A stretch of DNA of 64,000 bases from Octopus vulgaris (lineage: Eukaryota), in assembly GCA_951406725.2 (NCBI GenBank), contig OX597830.1:70556001-70620000 (forward strand), given 5' to 3'. The position numbers and the translations under genes were made by a program. Below are positions 56,946-64,000 of the stretch, in pieces. Numbering within the stretch: the first letter of the stretch is position 1; each line of letters starts with the position of its first letter. The notes beneath the pieces were generated by a model. The model was not told the origin of the DNA, searched no databases, and saw nothing but the letters and a program-made list of their open reading frames with translations.

Positions 56946-58119
56946 GTCTGGGGAGAATTATTCTCTTTTAATGTCTTATTATGTAAGACACCGGTTCGAT
57001 TTCCACTCATTTACTTATATTTTCTAAAATTTTCCTTGCTTCTTATGCATAAATACATATATGCATGTGTATGTGTGTGTATATATATATATATCCATGT
57101 GTGTGTATATATATATGTGTGTGTGTGTATATATATATATATGTGTATATATGTGTGTGTATGTGTGTGTATATATATATATATATCTATATGTGCGTGT
57201 GTGTCTGTGCTTATACATAAACATGCATACACACGCACATAGATACACACTTACACACACACACTCACACAGGCACACACACACACAAACACAGATATAT
57301 AATTATATATGTGTAGGTATGTATATATATATATATATATATATGTCTGTGTGTATGTGTATACATCTATAGACGGTAATATATATATATATATATATTC
57401 ATATATTCATATATTCTTTTATTCTTTTATATGTTTGAGCCCTAAGGCTGTTGACATGCTGGAGCACCGCGAGTGTTATCACCATTTAATTGGCCAATCT
57501 TATGTGATTGACTCTTCATTTCAGCAATTAGATTGCACCCATGCATGGGGCAAATGCTTCAAAGTTTTTAGTCGATCACATCGGCCCCACTATTTATTAT
57601 TTTTTTTAAAAGCCTGACGCTCATTCTGCCTGTGATTTTCGTCCCATGGCTAAGTTTCGCGGACATTTGCGCACCAACCCCGGCTTGTGGAACGAGGGTG
57701 GGGCGGCAAATATACACACACAGACACGTAGTCACACGCTCACATTAGTGTCATATAACGATTAGGTGTGGCCGTTACGGACAAACAATGTATTCTGACT
57801 TCTGTCAACAGCCTGACCTTATAAGTTACATGACACTTTCACCTACCATATCTAATTATCGATCATAATTAGGTGGACCTGAATTTCAACTGTGTATATT
57901 CGAAAATAAAAAGCATTTTAGAACATTGGGACATTAAATTTAGGCCCCTTTCGTAATTAGGACAAAAGATCATTTTCTGAGACACATTCTCAACGGAAGG
58001 TCATTCAGTTATAGTCATCCATTATGGTACATAATTGTATGAAATATATACTGCAAACATTTTAAGTATATATTTATATACATATGTGTATGCATACATA
58101 TACACACAGATTCACACAA

Positions 58120-58170
<51 letters not shown>

Positions 58171-58350
58171 TATATTAAATTAGAGATAAAACCACTATTA
58201 GGCAAATCAAACAATGAAAAACTTAAGCCAATACATGAAATAAATTAATTTATATTATTTTAAATATATATCAAAAATGTTAAAAGTTTAATAAAAGATA
58301 ATGAGTAAAACACTACGATCGTTTCATGGCTGTCCAATTCCCTAATATTT

Positions 58351-58429
<79 letters not shown>

Positions 58430-58468
58430 CACACATATATCCACGCATGCAATGATATATATAGATAT

Positions 58469-58510
<42 letters not shown>

Positions 58511-58681
58511 GTATGTGTTTGTGAGTGTGTGTCAGTGTGTCTGCGTGCTATCCCCCCAGTGTAACTCACAAGCCTCATAGTTATATAATATATCCATATT
58601 GATAATGGAATGCATGAACAAACACTGAGACAGACGTATACAATACACACACATATATAGAGAGAAAGACGCAGTGTTTTA

Positions 58682-58748
<67 letters not shown>

Positions 58749-58786
58749 ACACACATGGATAAATGGGTAACTAGATAGATAAATGA

Positions 58787-58825
<39 letters not shown>

Positions 58826-58827
58826 AT

Positions 58828-58879
<52 letters not shown>

Positions 58880-58890
58880 GAATATTGATG

Positions 58891-58964
<74 letters not shown>

Positions 58965-59280
58965 CAGATAAACCTGCAAGTTCTAATTGTTATTGAACGA
59001 AAAATGTCGTTCAATATACGTCGTGGTTTAGTGGGCTATGTGGTGGTGCTGAAACGAGTGAGTTATAACGAATGGTATTCAGAAAATAACTAAAACATCC
59101 AGCAGAAAATATATATCGAATAATTTAGGGACCCAACACGTTTTACAGGAGTATATTGTGAATTAATGTTTTTTTGAGTGAATTTATTAATCCAATAAAC
59201 TGTTACACGTTAGCTTCATATAGACTGATTTCTAAATGGTAAATTCATGTAATTTATAATGTCCATGGCTTATCTATATG

Positions 59281-59368
<88 letters not shown>

Positions 59369-59451
59369 CCTATTGATATAGATTTCTATATATACACACG
59401 CACCCACACAGACACACAAATGCTCACACACATATCTATCTATCTATCTAT

Positions 59452-59496
<45 letters not shown>

Positions 59497-59780
59497 TATA
59501 TATACACATATATATTATTATATATATAGATACGTATATGTATGTATATGTATATATAGATATTTATATATGTATACATATATATACATATATATATATA
59601 TGTATGTATGTATGTATGCATGTATGTATGTATGTATGTATGTATGTATATGCGCACATAGATATTTTGAATTTTCATTCTTATGCTTTATATATATATG
59701 CGCACACATATATTTTGAATTTTCCTACGTATACTTTATATATATATGTATATATATACATATCTATATCTATCTATCTA

Positions 59781-59834
<54 letters not shown>

Positions 59835-60405
59835 TTCCTTGTTAAGTTTTTCTTGTTAAGTTTTTCTTATTAAGAGGTTGTCCTTAATTGCTATATATAT
59901 ATATATATATACATTTATACACATATATATACATACATACATATATATATTTAAATACATGTGTGCGTGTAACTAAAGTATAAGATACGCAATATCGAAG
60001 TAGTCCTAGATATACATTGGACTCGGAATATATCAAGCATGTACGTTCTTCTGTTTAGAACAGGCTAACAAAAATAATATCAAGAAGTAATAATTCTTTA
60101 ATTCTTTTAGCGAGAACGTATTATATACATTCATACATATGTATATGTGTGTGGGTGTCTGTGCGCGCGCGTGTGTGTGTGTGTGTGTGTGTCTGTGTGT
60201 GTTTGTATGTATTCCTTTTTGTCTTCTTTCCCTTGTTTCAATCATTTTACTGCGGCCACCCTGGTACATCACATTAAAATGTTTTTTTTAATCGAACAAA
60301 TTGATCCCAGGACTTATTCTTTGTATTCATCATATTTATTTTATTGGTTCATTTTTGCCGAACTGCTATATTACCGGGATATAAACAAACCAAGATCTGT
60401 TCACA

Positions 60406-60529
<124 letters not shown>

Positions 60530-60545
60530 TATATATATATATGTT

Positions 60546-60660
60546 GATCAAGTGCCACGTATCAGAGGTGGATTCACAAACTAGTGTAGCTCATTCAGCG
60601 GTGGTGCCCCAGCATGGCCGCGGCCTTTGGGCTAAAACATTTTCAAGGATTTAAGGATTA
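60546..60660 (+). mobile_element. CR1-like LINE extreme 3' end
   Basis: caagtgccacgtatcagagg..ggtggtgccccagcatggccgc matches 14191-14280. Confidence 0.75.
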
Positions 60661-60686
60661 TATATATATATATATATATATATACA

Positions 60687-60720
<34 letters not shown>

Positions 60721-60723
<3 letters not shown>

Positions 60724-60928
60724 CGGGAAGCTTTATGAAAATAAACAAAAGACGAAGGCAGGTGGAAAACAAACGAACAATTGTATTAGTATGGCGCTCA
60801 GGAAATATAAATAAAACAAGTCTTTAACGTTTCGAGCCTACGCTCTTCAACAGAAAGATACACAGAGAGAGAAAAACACAGAAAGAAGGAGAGAAAAAAA
60901 TGCGTGCAGTAGCTAACGAATCAACATA

Positions 60929-60930
<2 letters not shown>
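60721..60930 (-). mobile_element. Penelope-like pLTR fragment with HHR-like motif (CUGUNGA family, copy 2)
   Basis: Minus strand tcttt-CTGTTGA-a-gagc gtag gctc-GAAA-cg-TT-aaaga at 60821-60858; (TA)n on both sides. Confidence 0.65.
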
Positions 60931-60974
<44 letters not shown>

Positions 60975-61290
60975 AGTATGACATATATAGACATATATAT
61001 ATATATGTAAGTATGACATATATAGACATATATATATATATGTAAGTATGACAGGCTTCTTTCAGTTTCCGTCTACCGAAATCCACGCACAAAAATGTCA
61101 CGTGCCCAAGTGCTACTGAGACTGAACCCGGAGCCATGTGGTTGGGAAGCAAGTTTCTTTAGGGGTAGATTTGTGATAAGTGTGCTGAGAGTTCAGTAAG
61201 TCTTCTGTTCTGGACTATTAGGGATTCTTTTGACCATGAAAGGATGAAAGATGTCAGCTCGACCATAAGGCTTTGATATATGTATGCATA

Positions 61291-61554
61291 TTTTTTTTTC
61301 AGTTCAGAGCTGCGGCCATGCTGATGCACCGCCGTTTTGTGCTACACGGTTATTACTAAGAGCTTCTTTGGTGAAGAATGGAGTTTGATATAGCTACCCT
61401 CATTTGCACCTCTTGCTGTGAGGTAGGTTCATCTGGGACTCACGACAGGAAGATGTCCAGCTTTGATTTAAAAACCGCTACATCTACTTTGTGTAAGTTC
61501 CGCAGACTCTTTGGGAGAATATTAAAAAGGTGTGGGTCCTTGAAACCCAGGCTG

Positions 61555-61556
<2 letters not shown>
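61291..61556 (-). mobile_element. CR1-like LINE 3' fragment, close relative of 13548-14290
   Basis: [38 protein letters not shown] plus the same tail; truncated at (TA)n. Confidence 0.9.
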
Positions 61557-61628
<72 letters not shown>

Positions 61629-61951
61629 ATACACACACGCACAAGCTTATATGTATATATATATATTTATATATATATATATATACACGTATACTTATAT
61701 GTATGTACATATACATGACGGGTTAAGTAAAAGATATTTGACCAACGTGGCGTGCAATGGGACTGAACACAACACCAGGCAGGTGGGAAGCACTTTTCCC
61801 ATCACACCCCATGAGCATGCGCCGATATACACGTCAGTCAATCTATCAATCTATCTCTCTATCTATCTTTCTATTTATCTATCTATTTATCTACCTATTT
61901 ATATACACAATGATAGAAATACAAACATTCACACACACACTTATGTGCATA

Positions 61952-62053
<102 letters not shown>

Positions 62054-62449
62054 TGTATGTATACACACACACACACACAAATATATATAATATATGTGTG
62101 TGTGCGAATATATATATAAATATATATACATGATATATATATATGAATATATGTGTGTGTATATGTGTGTATGCATATATAGTTGCAAGATTCATTTACA
62201 GACTTTCGAACACACCATCATACAGGGTGCAGCATTATACACACGCGCACACATAAACGCACACACGCGTACAAGAACACAAACACACGCATACAAAACT
62301 TTCATGAATTAATTATAATATTTTGGATGTCCCATTTATCGGCTTTTCTTTGTTGGCCACCTGTAATATTATTGTTATTATTCATTTTACTAATGATAAT
62401 AATTAATAATCATATCTGTATAGATAATTTCGAATGTTTATTCATTTAG

Positions 62450-62724
<275 letters not shown>

Positions 62725-62789
62725 TATATATTATATATATATATATATACGTATATATATATATGTATATATATGTATATATATATATG

Positions 62790-62830
<41 letters not shown>

Positions 62831-63282
62831 GCGTCTGTGTATGTACATATATATGCTTATAAATATGTAATGCATTTGTGTATGTATGCGTATATATATA
62901 TATATATATATGGATATTTTTGAATCGATGTTTAAAAATACATTGCTTGGTATTAAAAGCACCTAAACACGGGTAGACATTTGTATGAGCAGTATAAGTG
63001 CAGATAATATATAAGTTACCGCGCATATATATACACATATATATATATACACATATATACATATATATTTACACGAACACACACACATACACACACACAT
63101 ATTATCAATAATATGTATGTACATATCTATATGTGTATGTATGTATATATCTATATCTATATATAATTGATAAATTTTAGGGAGTTTAACTGCTCTTTCT
63201 AGTGAGTAGGAAGTCCTATTATGGCCTTCCCTTATATGTTTGAAAATATCTATATATATGTATATATATACTTATATATATC

Positions 63283-63322
<40 letters not shown>

Positions 63323-63615
63323 TACACACATATATATATATGTATATTCATATATATATATATATACATGTATACACATGTATATACTTATATATATATA
63401 TATACATGTATATATATCATAGCCACAGCCCTTAGGCTGTGTCGTATAATGTAATAAAAGGATAAAGGAATATGTATTTGTATGTCTAGTTAATACATAA
63501 TATCCAAAATGTATTATGTTGTTTTCATGCATAATACTCTTTAATATCACGTAATATATGAGTAAAACTCAGAATGCTCCCCATCCCCGCACACATACAC
63601 TCCCCTGTATATATA

Positions 63616-63653
<38 letters not shown>

Positions 63654-63920
63654 ACACATTTATATATACATATATGCAGACTTTTAATGCAAAATTGGGA
63701 CTCAAAATATTTAGTCTTAATATCTCTAATTGATACTCCGAAAGATAAATTTCTAGTCATTTGTATATATGTATGTATGTATGTGTGTATGTATGTATGT
63801 ATGTATGTATGTATGTATGTATGTATGTATGTATGTATGTATGTATTGTATGTATGTATCTGTCTATCTATCTATCAATTTATATATACACACATACACA
63901 CATACACACACACTCTCACT

Positions 63921-64000
63921 CTTTTTGTGTTCTTTTCTGTGGAAGAGCGTAGGCTCGAAACGTTAAAGACTTTTTCACTTCTTGACCGTTAAACTAATAC
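63921..64000 (+). mobile_element. Penelope-like pLTR fragment with HHR-like motif (CUGUNGA family, copy 3), runs off the window
   Basis: tctttt-CTGTGGA-a-gagc gtag gctc-GAAA-cg-TT-aaaga at 63931-63969. Confidence 0.6.

Overview
AT-rich, microsatellite-saturated eukaryotic DNA. The SINE/LINE families and (TA)n/(CA)n/(TAGA)n density point to a coleoid cephalopod, probably Octopus (inference from recalled repeat families, not a database result). No intact protein-coding gene is visible and almost all listed ORFs are microsatellite translations. Recognisable content: three tRNA-derived SINE families (called A, B, C here), decayed CR1-like and R4/Dong-like LINE 3' fragments, Tc1/mariner remnants and MITEs, two non-autonomous Helitrons, a 7x147-bp tandem array and a ~45-bp minisatellite. 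The most interesting signal is a set of short non-coding elements embedded in (TA)n tracts that carry hammerhead-ribozyme (HHR) topology. One is a 435-bp unit with a 66-bp terminal direct repeat and a complete canonical type I HHR (14296-14796). Another is a 147-bp-arm fold-back whose HHR core shows the compensatory G3:C8 swap (37708-38060). A three-copy family has a CUGUNGA core, and there are several degenerate motifs. Together they look like a Penelope-pLTR/retrozyme-type, microsatellite-targeted system. A possible host-gene first exon lies on the minus strand near 25.5-26.2 kb (low confidence).
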